DNA of 64,000 nucleotides from an uncultured Chloroflexia bacterium (GCA_963748625.1 CAVVJT010000007.1:160001-224000), one strand, 5' to 3'; shown: positions 38,308 to 49,199, counted from the stretch's first letter. Notes: generated by a model from the sequence alone, not told the origin. Made by a program: numbers and translations.

Positions 38308-40410
38308 ATGGAGGAACAGCAGCCGTACATGCGCGCCGCGAGCATGCCAACCCACGGCACCGAGGTGCGCTGGGACGTCCGCGTCCCCGTGCGCGACGGC
38401 CTGGAGCTGTCGGCCAACCTGTGGCTGCCGGTGGCCGAGGCCCAGGCGCACGCCCACGCGCTCGCCCAAGGTCACTCATCGTCCACCGACGCGCGCTACC
38501 CCGTGATCCTGGAGATGATCCCCTACGGCAAGGACAACTGGCGGCGCAACAGCGACACCGCCCGCGGCGAATGGCTGGCGGCCCGTGGCTTCGCCCTGTG
38601 CCGGCTCGACGTGCGCGGCACCGGCTCCTCGCCCGGCATCGCAGAGGACGAGTACACCGCGGCGGAGACGCTCGACGGCTACGACGCGGTCGAGTGGCTG
38701 GCGGCGCAGCCATGGTGCAACGGCAACGTGGGCATGTGGGGCATCTCGTACGGAGGCTTCACCTCGATCCAGGTCGCGAAGCTGCGGCCGCCGCACCTCC
38801 GCGCGATCCTGCCGATGTACGCCACCGACGACCGCTACCGCGATGACGTCCACATCCGCGGCGGCTGCGTCACCGCGAGCGAGAAGAGCCAGTACGCCGT
38901 CAGCCAGCTGGGCATGAACGCGATGCCGCCCTATCCCCGGTTCGGCGGCGAGGCCTGGCGGGACGAATGGCGGGCGCGGCTCGAGGCCACGCCGCCCTGG
39001 CTCATGGCCTGGATCCGCAACCAGGCCGACGGCCCCTACTGGCGCCGGGGCTCGCTCGCACCCGACTACGACGCGCTCGCGTGTGCCGTCTTCCAGGTGG
39101 CCGGCTGGTCGGATGCGTACGTGGACCCCGTCTTTCGCGTGCAGCAGCACTGTCGGAACGCCACCGTACGAACCCTCGTGGGCAACTGGGTGCACTCGTT
39201 CCCCGATGACGCCTACCCGGGCCCGAACCTGGACTGGCTCCACGAGATGGTCCGCTTCTTCGACCGGTACCTCAAGGACGTCCCGAACGGCTGGGAGGAC
39301 GAGGCCGCCCTTGTCTGGTTCGAGCGGGAGTACGCCGAACCCGCGCCATTCCCCACCACCTGGCCCGGCCGCTGGCGGGCGGCAGGTGCCTTCCCGGTCG
39401 CGGGGACGGTGCAGCGCGAGCTGCTGCTGGGAGCCGGTGTCCTGACCGACGAGCCGGAGCCGGCGACCGGCATGGCCGCGCTCCCCCATCGCGCCACCGT
39501 TGGCACGTCAGGCCCACTCTCGTGGGGCGCAGGCTGGCACCCCAACGGCCTGGCGCGCGATCTGCGCCCCGACGAGGCCCGCTCGCTTGTCTGGACGTCC
39601 GAGCCCCTTGACGTGCCCCTGTCAGTGATCGGCGTGCCCCAGGCCGTGCTCCACCTGACCGCCACGATGCCCGTCGCAACCTGTGCCGTCCGCCTGTCCG
39701 AGGTCGCACCCGACGGGACCTCATCGCTCGTCGCCCAAGGGGTGCTGAACCTCACGCACCGCCTGTCCGACACGGACCCCTCTCCGATGCCCACCCGGGG
39801 CTTCGCGACCGAGGAGGTCCGGATCCCGCTGCGGACCTCCGGCTACCGCTTCGCGCCCGGCCACCGCATCCGCCTGACCGTGGCGACCAGCCTGTGGCCG
39901 GCCCTGTGGCCATCGCCGCTGCCCGGCGAGCTGCGCGTCCACCACGGCCCGCTCGCGCCGTCGAGGCTCGTGCTCCCGGTGCTACCCGATGACGCCCCGA
40001 CCGTGACGCCACCCGCGTTCCGCACCGACCCGGTCGAGGACCAGCGCCAGGTGGGTTCGTCACGCGAGGATCCGCCCGAGTGGCGCATCGAGCGGGATGT
40101 CCTGCACGAGGCGACGACGGTCACGATCTTCGACGGCGGCGAGAGCACCCAGGAGGACGGCTCGGTGCTCTACAGCTCGGAGCGGCTGGTCCTGACCGCG
40201 TCGGACGCCGATCCGGCGCGCGCGACGCTGGCAAGCGATGTCGTCTACCGGTACGCGGTGGACGGCCACGCCATCGCCATCCGGGCCGCCGGGACGATCG
40301 AGAGCGACGTCTCGACCTTCGACGTGCGGGTCCGCCTCGACGTCACCCTCGACGGCGAGCCCTTCTTCGAGCGCGAGTGGCAGGAGCCGATCCCGCGGAA
40401 CCTGGTCTAG
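38308..40410 (+). CDS. CocE/NonD family hydrolase (peptidase S15)
   Basis: RDGLELSA, PYGK, DVRGTGSS, WGISYGGF, GWSD, GNWVH. Start uncertain (38308-38344). Confidence 0.92.
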   Translation: MEEQQPYMRAASMPTHGTEVRWDVRVPVRDGLELSANLWLPVAEAQAHAHALAQGHSSSTDARYPVILEMIPYGKDNWRRNSDTARGEWLAARGFALCRLDVRGTGSSPGIAEDEYTAAETLDGYDAVEWLAAQPWCNGNVGMWGISYGGFTSIQVAKLRPPHLRAILPMYATDDRYRDDVHIRGGCVTASEKSQYAVSQLGMNAMPPYPRFGGEAWRDEWRARLEATPPWLMAWIRNQADGPYWRRGSLAPDYDALACAVFQVAGWSDAYVDPVFRVQQHCRNATVRTLVGNWVHSFPDDAYPGPNLDWLHEMVRFFDRYLKDVPNGWEDEAALVWFEREYAEPAPFPTTWPGRWRAAGAFPVAGTVQRELLLGAGVLTDEPEPATGMAALPHRATVGTSGPLSWGAGWHPNGLARDLRPDEARSLVWTSEPLDVPLSVIGVPQAVLHLTATMPVATCAVRLSEVAPDGTSSLVAQGVLNLTHRLSDTDPSPMPTRGFATEEVRIPLRTSGYRFAPGHRIRLTVATSLWPALWPSPLPGELRVHHGPLAPSRLVLPVLPDDAPTVTPPAFRTDPVEDQRQVGSSREDPPEWRIERDVLHEATTVTIFDGGESTQEDGSVLYSSERLVLTASDADPARATLASDVVYRYAVDGHAIAIRAAGTIESDVSTFDVRVRLDVTLDGEPFFEREWQEPIPRNLV

Positions 40411-40452
40411 GTCGCGGCAGCACCGGGACGCGAGGCACCGGGACGAACGACG

Positions 40453-41367
40453 TCAGGGCGCCAGTGACGAGAGCGCCGCGGCGGCCAAGAGCCCGCTCGT
40501 GATCGCCACCCCGATGCTCCCCGTCGTCGCGAGCAGCCACCAGTCCGCGTAGCCGCGATCGCCGAGCTGGCGGTAGCGCGCCACGATCTCCGCAGCGACG
40601 ATGATCCCCGCGGCCAGGATCGACCCTGCAAGGACCGCGAGCACGATGAGCATGCGCTCGATCGCCGAGGTCGCCGCGAACACCTGCGCCGCCACGCCGG
40701 CGGGAGCCGCGGGCTCCGGACCCGACGTCGATGCCGGAGCGGGCTGGGACGGGTCGGCCGCCCTGAGCATCCGGGGCGAGGCCAACGCGAGCAGGAAGTA
40801 GTAGGCGCCGCGCGTGTTCACCAGGAACAGCGAGGCCACCACGAGCGTGGTCACGGTGACGGCATGGACCGTCTCGCGGTCGGCGTCACGCAGGAGCGCG
40901 TTCACGACGTCCACGAAACCGGGCAGCAACGTCGCAGACTGCAGGAGCACCACCCAGCCGACGATCGCGAACGTCAGGTGGAGCAGCTGGTCCGCCAGGA
41001 ACAGCATGCCCGGCCACGGGCTCCACGCGTTGCCGACCCCAGTGGACACGAGCTCGCCCGTCGCCTCGAACCGGGCCCGGGTCGCCGCCTGGGCCGCGAC
41101 ATCGGCCGCCCTGGTCGCCCTGACCTTCCAGCGGTCCACGAGCATGTGCGAGCCCGCGACGACGACCACGTAGGCGACGCCGGGCCAGCCGAAGGCGAAC
41201 ACGGCAGGCAGCAGGCACAGGGCCACATGGAAGCCGTGGGTCGCGAGCGCAAGCCATCCCGTCCGCCCGGCCTTGCCCTTGTTCAGCGCAATCCAGTCGT
41301 TCTGGAGGACGAAGTCCGCCAGCAGGTGCGCGAAGATGAGCCAGACCAGGACCAGCACCGTGTCCAT
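40453..41367 (-). CDS. DUF3307-like membrane protein
   Basis: AHLLADFVLQ, SHMLVD.WK, DQLLH. Confidence 0.8.
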   Translation of the reverse strand: MDTVLVLVWLIFAHLLADFVLQNDWIALNKGKAGRTGWLALATHGFHVALCLLPAVFAFGWPGVAYVVVVAGSHMLVDRWKVRATRAADVAAQAATRARFEATGELVSTGVGNAWSPWPGMLFLADQLLHLTFAIVGWVVLLQSATLLPGFVDVVNALLRDADRETVHAVTVTTLVVASLFLVNTRGAYYFLLALASPRMLRAADPSQPAPASTSGPEPAAPAGVAAQVFAATSAIERMLIVLAVLAGSILAAGIIVAAEIVARYRQLGDRGYADWWLLATTGSIGVAITSGLLAAAALSSLAP

Positions 41368-41452
41368 GTGCGTCCGAGCCTACCTTCGTCCTGGTCCCAT
41401 CCTGGTGTCATCCCGCCGACACGTCCGACAGCGGCCCCCGCCGCGGTCGGGA

Positions 41453-42976
41453 TCAGCCGGCGGCGACCCCCGGCACGAGGTCGACCAGGGCCTCGCGCAG
41501 CAGGCGCTCGTGCTCCGGCGTGGTGTAGTCGAGCAGCGGGTGCCCCGGGAGCTGGTGCTCGTGCAGGAAACCGTGCTCACGGATGAAGACCATGGGGTAG
41601 ATGCTCCCCTGCCCGTCAGCCTCGACCGTCATCGCGATCAGGTCCTCGGCGTGGCCGTCGAGGGCGTGGACAAGCGGCACGACGCCCTGGTCGCGGACGC
41701 CCTCGTCCGGCGTGACCGTCACCACGCGTGCGAGATAGCCCTTCTGGTGCCACAGCTCCGAGCGGTTCGTCGCCTCTCCAAGCAGGAGGCCGACGAGATC
41801 CTCGGGCGCGACGGACGGGCGCTCCTCCCGGAGACCGAAGTGGGTCCCGGCAATGTGCCTGGCGAGCAGCATCGAGTTGTAGCGGTGCCCGTGGACGGCG
41901 CCCGAGTAGGACGGGATACCGTGCCGGCGCATGCCGGGCGAGGCCTGGCTGATCGTGCCCGCGAAGTAGATGCCGGGCACGGTGGCACTCTCCCACATCG
42001 TGGTGACGGCAGGAAGCTTCGCCTGGCCGAACGTCGCCACGCCGAGATCCGGCAGGTCCTGCAGCGGGCACGTGAAGCCGGTGGCCGCGATGACCTCATC
42101 CGCTTCCACCACCATCTCCTCGCCCGTGTCGCTCCGGCTGACGCGGACCGCGTAGGCATCGCCCACGTGGTCGATCGCCAGGATCGACGCGGCCAGGATC
42201 TTCACGCCCAGGCCGAGGTAGGCGTCCTCGAACGGCTGCACGTAGCGGGCGCGGACGCCCACGAGCGACTTCGTCTCGAGCGCGGTCTTCGCGGGACTGG
42301 GCGAGCAGACGGTGATGGACGACGCCCAGGCCGCCAGGCCGGACGCAAGCTCGAACCCGGAGTTCTGCTTGCCGATGATGAACAGCCGCTTGCCCGCGTA
42401 GTAGGAGGGCTCCTGCGTGTCCGCGTAGTGGCGCGCATGCTCGATGCCGGGCTTCGCGGGGCTCCACGGCTGGGCCACGCCGACGGCGAGGACCAGGATC
42501 CGGCAGCGGTACTCGCCCGCGGTCGTATCGAGCACGAACGTGGTCCCGTCGGGACCCTCCTCCTTGCGCGTGCGCTCCCAGCGGGTGGCGTAGCGGACCG
42601 TGATGCCCGCGCGCTCGGCGAACGCCTCGAGGTTCGCCTGCATCTCCGGGCGGGACGGGTAGTAGGTGGTGCCGTCCATGAACTCCGCCTGGAGCGAGCG
42701 GAGCTCGGGCTCGTCGGCGAGGAGGCTGTTCCAGTCGTAGCGCTGGTACTCGGGCGCCGTCCGGTCCACCGGTGCGTACGGCTTGGTCCACGAGAGGAGG
42801 CGCTGGAAGAAGGGCCACTTGCGGAACATGCCGCCAGCGCCATCGTCCGCGGAGAGGACCGCGTGGGGCACGCCGTACTTGCGCAGGCCGTAGGAGACCT
42901 GAAGACCACCCGGGCCGGAGCCGATGACGATGACCGGGTATTCGCCCGGCGGGAACGGCCGGGTATCCGTCTCCAC
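41453..42976 (-). CDS. FAD/NAD(P)-dependent oxidoreductase (flavin monooxygenase/Pyr_redox_3-like)
   Basis: IGSGPGG, GGMF, YPSR, IIGKQNSGFE, IAATGF, GIYFAG. Confidence 0.85.
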   Translation of the reverse strand: METDTRPFPPGEYPVIVIGSGPGGLQVSYGLRKYGVPHAVLSADDGAGGMFRKWPFFQRLLSWTKPYAPVDRTAPEYQRYDWNSLLADEPELRSLQAEFMDGTTYYPSRPEMQANLEAFAERAGITVRYATRWERTRKEEGPDGTTFVLDTTAGEYRCRILVLAVGVAQPWSPAKPGIEHARHYADTQEPSYYAGKRLFIIGKQNSGFELASGLAAWASSITVCSPSPAKTALETKSLVGVRARYVQPFEDAYLGLGVKILAASILAIDHVGDAYAVRVSRSDTGEEMVVEADEVIAATGFTCPLQDLPDLGVATFGQAKLPAVTTMWESATVPGIYFAGTISQASPGMRRHGIPSYSGAVHGHRYNSMLLARHIAGTHFGLREERPSVAPEDLVGLLLGEATNRSELWHQKGYLARVVTVTPDEGVRDQGVVPLVHALDGHAEDLIAMTVEADGQGSIYPMVFIREHGFLHEHQLPGHPLLDYTTPEHERLLREALVDLVPGVAAG

Positions 42977-42978
42977 GT

Positions 42979-43401
42979 TCAGCTCCGCCAGCGGTTGGCG
43001 TTCCGAAGGCGGCGCGCCTGGGCCTGGAGCATCCGGAACATGACGTGCGGGTAGGCGAGCAGGAACGGCTGGACGGAGGGACCGGGCGCAACGATGCAGG
43101 TGAGGGTCGTCTGGGCGACCACGTCGGCGGTGGGCGGCTCACCCAGCAGGATGCTGACCTCGCCGAAGAACTCGCCCCGATGCAGGACGTTCCGGCTGAC
43201 CCCGTCGATGACGACCTCCGCCGAGCCCTCGAGGATGATGTAGAAGCCCGAGCCGGTCAGGCCCTGGCGCAGGATCCGCTCACCCTGCGGGAACACCGTC
43301 TCCTCGAACAGCCCCGCGACGCCCAGCAGCTGCGGCGTCTGGAGATCTCCGAAGAGCGCGAACCCGGCGAGGATGTCGGCCAGCTCCTCTCGCGTGGCCA
43401 C
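42979..43401 (-). CDS. Stand-alone cyclic nucleotide-binding domain protein
   Basis: ILRQG..FYIILEG..GEFFGEVSIL..TADV; GGAGGAGG RBS before GTG. Confidence 0.88.
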   Translation of the reverse strand: MATREELADILAGFALFGDLQTPQLLGVAGLFEETVFPQGERILRQGLTGSGFYIILEGSAEVVIDGVSRNVLHRGEFFGEVSILLGEPPTADVVAQTTLTCIVAPGPSVQPFLLAYPHVMFRMLQAQARRLRNANRWRS

Positions 43402-43606
43402 GGTGTCGTCCTCCTCCACTCCCCGGTCGACACGGCCACGCACCCGGGGCCGCTGCGGGATACTCGCACAGAACGAGGTCCCGGTGCTTGGCGGTTGGCC
43501 GACGCCCCGCGGCCGGCTCGGGAGCGCCCTGTCGCGGGCGTACGATGCACTCCATGCAGGCGACCAGCGAGACCCCGAGGACGGATCGCACCGTCCCCGT
43601 GGCAAC

Positions 43607-44935
43607 GTGACCGGGCGGGGCCGGCTCGGGTCCCTCGGCTACCGGGCGTACGGCCGCTTCCACCGTGATGCCCGGCTGATCCTCGTCACCAGCCTGGTCA
43701 CGGGTGCCGCGATCAGCCTCTGGTGGATCGACTTCAACCTGTACCTGGTCGCGCTCGGGTTCACGCCATCCACGATCGGGGTCGTCGCGACGATCTCGTC
43801 CATCGCCGGTGCCATCGTGGCGTTCCCGGCCAGCGCGGCCTCGGACCGGATCGGCCGGCGGGCCGTCTTCCTCGGCGGCCTCGGCGCGAGCCTCGTTGCG
43901 CTGCTCGCCCTGCTGGGCGGTGGCGAGGCGCTGCCCGTGGTGATCCTCGCGGCCGCCTGCTGGTCCGCCGGCAACCAGGCGTTCCAGGTGGTCGTGTCGC
44001 CGTACATGACCGAGCACAGCGACGCCTCGCACCGCAACGAGCTGTTCGCGATCCAGTTCGCGATCCAGAACATCACCAATATCGCTGCCGCCGTGCTGGG
44101 TGGGGTGGTGGCGACGTGGCTGGCGGCCTCGCTGGGCATGCCCGACGGTGGGCCGGGGACCTACCGGATCATCCTGGTGATCATGACCGTGCTGCTCGCG
44201 GCCGGGCTGCTGTCGGTGCTGCGGCTCGCTGATGACCGGCCGAGCAAGACGATCGCGCCGCGGCTGCGCAAGCTTGGCGAACCCGCGGCCTTCCCGGCTG
44301 ACCCGCGCCGCTCGCGCACGGTCATGGGCATCACGGTCCGCGACCGCGCGCGCTTCGCGAAGCTGCTCCTGCCGGGCCTGCTGATCTCGATCGGCGCGGG
44401 CCAGGTCATCCCGTTCCTGAACATGTTCATCCAGCGCAAGTTCGGGCTCGATCTCGCGGAGCTCAACGCGGTCTTCGCGCTCACCGCGCTGGGCACCACG
44501 GCGGCGATCCTCTACCAGCCGCGGCTCGCCCGCCGGTTCGGCCAGATCACCTCCGTGGTGATCGTCCAGGCACTGAGCATCCCGTTCCTGGTGATCCTCG
44601 GCTTCTCGCCGGTGCTGTGGACCGTGATCGCCGCGATGACCGTGCGCAACTCACTGATGAACGCCGGCAACCCGATCTTCAACGCGTTCTCGATGGAGGA
44701 GGTGGACCCGTCCGAGCGCGCCACCCTGTCGGCTGCGATGAGCGTCCTGTGGCAGGTGGGCTGGATCATCGGTGGCATCTGGTACGCCGTCCTCCAGGCG
44801 ACGGTGGGATTCAACGCCGGGTACACCGTCAACTTCGTCACGATCATCACGCTCTACACGACCGCCACGATCCTGTACTGGATCTGGTTCCGCCCCGTCG
44901 ACCGGCGCAAGCTGGCGGCACGGCGGGCAGCCTGA
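43607..44935 (+). CDS. MFS transporter
   Basis: FNLYL..G, SDRIGRR, LARRFG; about 12 TM segments. Confidence 0.88.
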   Translation: MTGRGRLGSLGYRAYGRFHRDARLILVTSLVTGAAISLWWIDFNLYLVALGFTPSTIGVVATISSIAGAIVAFPASAASDRIGRRAVFLGGLGASLVALLALLGGGEALPVVILAAACWSAGNQAFQVVVSPYMTEHSDASHRNELFAIQFAIQNITNIAAAVLGGVVATWLAASLGMPDGGPGTYRIILVIMTVLLAAGLLSVLRLADDRPSKTIAPRLRKLGEPAAFPADPRRSRTVMGITVRDRARFAKLLLPGLLISIGAGQVIPFLNMFIQRKFGLDLAELNAVFALTALGTTAAILYQPRLARRFGQITSVVIVQALSIPFLVILGFSPVLWTVIAAMTVRNSLMNAGNPIFNAFSMEEVDPSERATLSAAMSVLWQVGWIIGGIWYAVLQATVGFNAGYTVNFVTIITLYTTATILYWIWFRPVDRRKLAARRAA

Positions 44936-44996
44936 CAGGGCATGGACAGGCTCCGTGACCGTACCTGGGGACCCTCGTGATGTACCGTCCGCGGGG

Positions 44997-45024
44997 TTGA
45001 CTCTCTGTCAGATTGTCCTACAGT
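44997..45024 (+). promoter_or_regulatory. Promoter with putative GntR/FadR operator 1
   Basis: TTGACT-16 bp-TACAGT with GATTGTCCTACAGT at 45011-45024. Confidence 0.8.
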
Positions 45025-45117
45025 ACGTTGGACGATGGCGCTGGAGCTAGAACGACTCCGCGCACCCGTTGGCGGGTCCCCGCAACCCAGCGGGCGGCCC
45101 TGATGGTAGGAGGAGTC

Positions 45118-46257
45118 ATGCGCAGATTGTCCGGCCGGGGATTGGCCATCGCCGCGATCGCCGCCCTCATCGTCTCGGCATGCGGGAGTGCAGCGTCGCC
45201 TGCGCCCTCTGCTGAAGCGACGGCAGCACCCCAGGCATCCGGGAGTCCGGCCGCGATGACAGGCTGGCCGTACACAGGCAGCCTGAAGGACGGGTCCACG
45301 TTCACCCTGAATCCCCGTGTCGTGGAGAAGCTGCAGAAGGGTGAGCCGATCAACTACGTGTTCAACTACGGCTCCACGGCGATCCCGCTCTTCTCGCCGC
45401 AGTACCTCCAGGGCTACGAGAAGACGCTTCCGGAGGCCCAGAAGATCCTGCCGATGAACGGCACGGCAAGCGCGCCGTCGTCCGCGGTCCAGGACATGAA
45501 CGAGCAGATCGCGATGATCGACGCGCTCTGGAAGGCAGACCAGGTTGACTGCCTGTCGATCCAGTCGACGGGCACCGACGTCTTCACGAAGATCGTGAAC
45601 GACATCGAGGCCTCGGGCATCCCGGTGTTCACCGTCGGTGTCGAGTCCAACGGCAACGAGCTGACGAACTTCACCCAGATCTCCATGAAGGAAGGTCGCC
45701 AGGCGGCGCAGATCGTCGTGGACTGGATGAAGGAGACCGGCCAGGATCTCAAGGTGTTCGCCGTCTCCGGTGGCGATCCCACGCAGAACTGGGCGCAGGG
45801 CCGGATGCAGGGGTTCATCGACGGCATCACGGAAGCCATCCCGGATGCGACATTCCTCAATGACGCCAGCAGCGCGCTGACGACCTCCTACGACCCGGCC
45901 GCGACGTACGACGCCTACAAGGCCTTCATCCAGGGCAACCCGACCGTCCAGGTCATCGAGAACGTGGACATCGGGGCAGAGCACGCGGCCCGCGCGATCG
46001 AGGATTCGGGCAACGCCGGCAAGACCTTCGCCCTCGGCTGGAACGTCAGCATCGGCCAGCTCGATGCGATCGATGCCGGGACCCAGATCGTGGCGCTCGA
46101 CCAGCAGTGGGGCGAGCAGGCAGGCTTCGGGGCACTCGCCTGTGCCGAGTTCCTGAAGAACGGCAAGATCCTGCCCAACAGCCAGGAGCTCAAGCCGGTC
46201 ACGAAGGCGAATTCGGCCGAAGCCCGCACGGAGTTCATGAAGTTCGTCTCGGAGTAG
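45118..46257 (+). CDS. Sugar ABC (CUT2/RbsB-like) substrate-binding lipoprotein
   Basis: AGGAGG RBS, lipobox VSAC, GIPVFTV, RMQGF. Confidence 0.88.
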   Translation: MRRLSGRGLAIAAIAALIVSACGSAASPAPSAEATAAPQASGSPAAMTGWPYTGSLKDGSTFTLNPRVVEKLQKGEPINYVFNYGSTAIPLFSPQYLQGYEKTLPEAQKILPMNGTASAPSSAVQDMNEQIAMIDALWKADQVDCLSIQSTGTDVFTKIVNDIEASGIPVFTVGVESNGNELTNFTQISMKEGRQAAQIVVDWMKETGQDLKVFAVSGGDPTQNWAQGRMQGFIDGITEAIPDATFLNDASSALTTSYDPAATYDAYKAFIQGNPTVQVIENVDIGAEHAARAIEDSGNAGKTFALGWNVSIGQLDAIDAGTQIVALDQQWGEQAGFGALACAEFLKNGKILPNSQELKPVTKANSAEARTEFMKFVSE

Positions 46258-46355
46258 ACCTCCCATCTGGTACGGCGGTCCGGCGGGCGACGCACGCGTC
46301 GCGCTCCGGACCGCCACGCACTCATCCCTGACCGCGCACGAGGAGCTTCCCCAGG

Positions 46356-47423
46356 ATGGCCGCAGACCCGCCCGCGCAGGTGCCCGATCCGCTCACCACA
46401 GGTGCAGCAGTCCCGTGGTCTGCCCGCGCACGGGAGGTCGGCCTGCGTGTCGGGGGCCTCGTGTTCGCGATCATCATCGTCATCGCGGTCTTCGCGATCC
46501 TGAGCAAGCCGAACACCTTCCTGACGATCACGAACGGGCTCGGGATCATGCGCTCGATGAGCACGCTCGCAATCGTCGGGCTGGGGCTCACCCTTGTCGT
46601 CGTCGTCGGTGAGATCGACCTCTCGATCGGCTACATGTACGGGCTCGCCGCCACCCTGTGCGCCGTTGCGTGGATCAACTGGGGCTGGCCCGTCTACCTG
46701 GCGATCGCATTCGCGCTTGGCTGCGCGGCCGTGGTCGGCATGATCAATGGGCTGCTCGTCACGATCGTCAAGATCCCATCCTTCATCGTCACGCTCGGCA
46801 TGGGCCAGCTCATCTTCGGAATGACGCTGCTCACGTCGAACACGGCCAACCTCAACCCCTCGTATCCGACAGGCGGCAAGCCGGTCCCCCAGGGCGAGAT
46901 CGACTGGTTCTTCGGGCTCGCGAACCAGGACCTCCCCTTCGACATCCCGATGCAGGGCCTCTGGATGATCGGCATTGCCATCGTCGTCGGCTTCGTGCTC
47001 GCCCGGTCGCTCTTCGGCTTCCGGCTGAAAGCCATAGGCGGCAACGCCCTCGCGGCCGAGCTCGCCCGGCTCCCGATCCGCAAGTACAAGTTCGTCGCAT
47101 TCATGACCTGCTCGATGCTTGCGGCCGCGGCCGCGATCCTCGACTTCTCGTTCATCGGATCGACGCAGCCGAATGCCGGGGTCTCCCTCACCTTCCCGGT
47201 CTTCGCCGCCGTGATCATCGGCGGTGCGAGCCTGTCGGGCGGGCGCGGCTCCGCTCTCGGGACGCTGAGCGGCGCACTGCTCCTCGCGGTCATCGGCAAT
47301 GGCCTCGCGCTGCTCTCGGTCGGCTCGTACCTGAGCCAGTTCGCGTACGGCGGCGTGACGATCGCCGCGGTCGTCCTCGACCGCTTCACGCAGAGCCTCC
47401 GCAAGGAGGGCCAGCGTGGCTGA
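46356..47423 (+). CDS. Sugar ABC permease (RbsC-like)
   Basis: GEIDLSIG, KIPSFIVTLG, AIGGN..AA, AAVIIGGASLSGGRG. Confidence 0.93.
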   Translation: MAADPPAQVPDPLTTGAAVPWSARAREVGLRVGGLVFAIIIVIAVFAILSKPNTFLTITNGLGIMRSMSTLAIVGLGLTLVVVVGEIDLSIGYMYGLAATLCAVAWINWGWPVYLAIAFALGCAAVVGMINGLLVTIVKIPSFIVTLGMGQLIFGMTLLTSNTANLNPSYPTGGKPVPQGEIDWFFGLANQDLPFDIPMQGLWMIGIAIVVGFVLARSLFGFRLKAIGGNALAAELARLPIRKYKFVAFMTCSMLAAAAAILDFSFIGSTQPNAGVSLTFPVFAAVIIGGASLSGGRGSALGTLSGALLLAVIGNGLALLSVGSYLSQFAYGGVTIAAVVLDRFTQSLRKEGQRG

Positions 47424-48990
47424 CGAGGTCGGGCCGCCCCGCACGGACCCGGCGACAGGCGCGTCGCCAGGTGGCCTCGTCCTCCGGGGTGTGAAGAAGT
47501 GGTACGGCGACACGCACGCGCTCGATGGTCTCGACCTCCACGCGCAGGGCGGAGAAATCCTCGGGGTGGCCGGACCGAATGGCGCCGGCAAGAGCACGAT
47601 GATCAAGGTCCTTGCCGGCGAGGTCAGAGAGGACAGCGGCACGTTCCTGCTCGACGGTGCGGAGTGGCGGCCGATGGAGCACCGCGACCGCGTCGCCGTC
47701 GTGCACCAGGAGCCGCAGCTGTTCCCGAACCTCACGGTCGCCGAGAACATGATGATCGGCCGCGAGGGAACCCGAGCGCTCGTCCGAGGCCTCGACGCCA
47801 GGGAGCGGGCGCTGATGGAGGACCTCGCGATCCTTGACTACGCGGACCGCCCGCTGGGGTCCGTGCCGCTCGCGATGCGCCAGCGCGTCGAGATCGGGCG
47901 TGCGCTCGCCCGGGATGCGCGGGTCTTCCTGTTCGACGAGCCGAACTCCGCCCTCACGCAGGAGGAGTCGAGCGACCTCTTCCGGCGCATGCACTTGCTT
48001 GCTGACGCGGGTGCCGTGGTCATCCTGGTCTCGCACCGGATCGCCGAGCTCGCCGAGCACGCGGCGCGCGTGGCCCTCATCCTCGACGGCCGGTGCACGG
48101 ACGTCCTCGAGGGCGATGCGATGTCCCAGGAAGGGATCGCGGCCGGCCTGGTGACGGGCCAGACCGCCCACGAGCCTGCCGCCGAGCTCGCCCGCCAGAT
48201 GAACGACGTCGCCGGCATGGCCCTGCGTCTCACGGGCTGGACGAGCGCCGAACGCGCCTTCACCGGGATCGACCTGGCCGTCCACGCAGGCGAGATCGTC
48301 GCCATCGTGGGCGTCGAAGGCTCGGGCGGACGCGAGCTCGTGCGCTCGATCGCCGGCTTTGAGCGCAGCACGGGCTCGATCGACGTCGCTGGTCGCGATG
48401 ACGCCGCATCGCTGGCGGCCGGGACTGGCCTCGTGTCCGCGGACCGCGCGGCGAGCCTCTTCGGGAACCTGAGCATCGCGGACAACATGGTCTCGCGGCT
48501 CGACCGCGAGATCGCGACCCGGGGCGGCGCCCTCCGCCGGGGCCGCATGGCACAGGTCGCGGGCGATCTCCGCGCGCGGTTCGGGGTGAAGGCGGGCTCG
48601 CTCGACAGGCCGATCAACTCGCTCTCGGGCGGCAACCAGCAGAAGGTCGCGATCTCGGCGGCCGTCGTGAAGGGCCCCAAGGTCCTTGTGCTCGAGGAGC
48701 CGACCCGGGGCGTGGACATCGCATCGAAACGGGAGATCTACCGGATCCTCCGCGCGCTCGCGAACGAGGACCATGCCGTGGTCATGTTCTGCACGGAGGT
48801 GCCGGAGGTCTTCGAGGCAGCCGATCTCGCCTACGTCATGTCAGACGGGCACATCTCCGCGCCCCTCGTCGTCACCGACTTCGAGGACGTCGAGGCCCTC
48901 GCGCGGGCGATCACGCGCCTGGAGCGCCACGGTCGCGTCGGGCCAGCCGCGGCGGTGCCGCCGACACCCCAGGCGGCGCCGGCCGTCTAA
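47416..48990 (+). CDS. Sugar ABC ATP-binding protein (RbsA-like, two NBDs)
   Basis: GPNGAGKS, FDEP, LSGGNQQKV, EEPTRGVD. Confidence 0.93.
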   Translation: MADEVGPPRTDPATGASPGGLVLRGVKKWYGDTHALDGLDLHAQGGEILGVAGPNGAGKSTMIKVLAGEVREDSGTFLLDGAEWRPMEHRDRVAVVHQEPQLFPNLTVAENMMIGREGTRALVRGLDARERALMEDLAILDYADRPLGSVPLAMRQRVEIGRALARDARVFLFDEPNSALTQEESSDLFRRMHLLADAGAVVILVSHRIAELAEHAARVALILDGRCTDVLEGDAMSQEGIAAGLVTGQTAHEPAAELARQMNDVAGMALRLTGWTSAERAFTGIDLAVHAGEIVAIVGVEGSGGRELVRSIAGFERSTGSIDVAGRDDAASLAAGTGLVSADRAASLFGNLSIADNMVSRLDREIATRGGALRRGRMAQVAGDLRARFGVKAGSLDRPINSLSGGNQQKVAISAAVVKGPKVLVLEEPTRGVDIASKREIYRILRALANEDHAVVMFCTEVPEVFEAADLAYVMSDGHISAPLVVTDFEDVEALARAITRLERHGRVGPAAAVPPTPQAAPAV

Positions 48991-49065
48991 GTGCTTGCAG
49001 CCCACGTCGAGGGCGGGACACCCAGGTCATGGAGATGGAGCCACTGGATACCCTGCCGCGCCCGG

Positions 49066-49199
49066 CGGCGCCCCAGATATGGGGGGATTCGAGGGGTTCC
49101 ACGATGGGCTGGATGCCCAGACTGTCGATCCGCGGGTTGATCCCCGTGGGCTGCGGCCCGTTTCGCCCCATGCTTGGGGGATGGACCTCGACGGGGCGG
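49066..49199 (+). repeat. Intergenic repeat family C, copy 2
   Basis: Colinear match to 17521-17657; lies between convergent genes. Confidence 0.8.
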
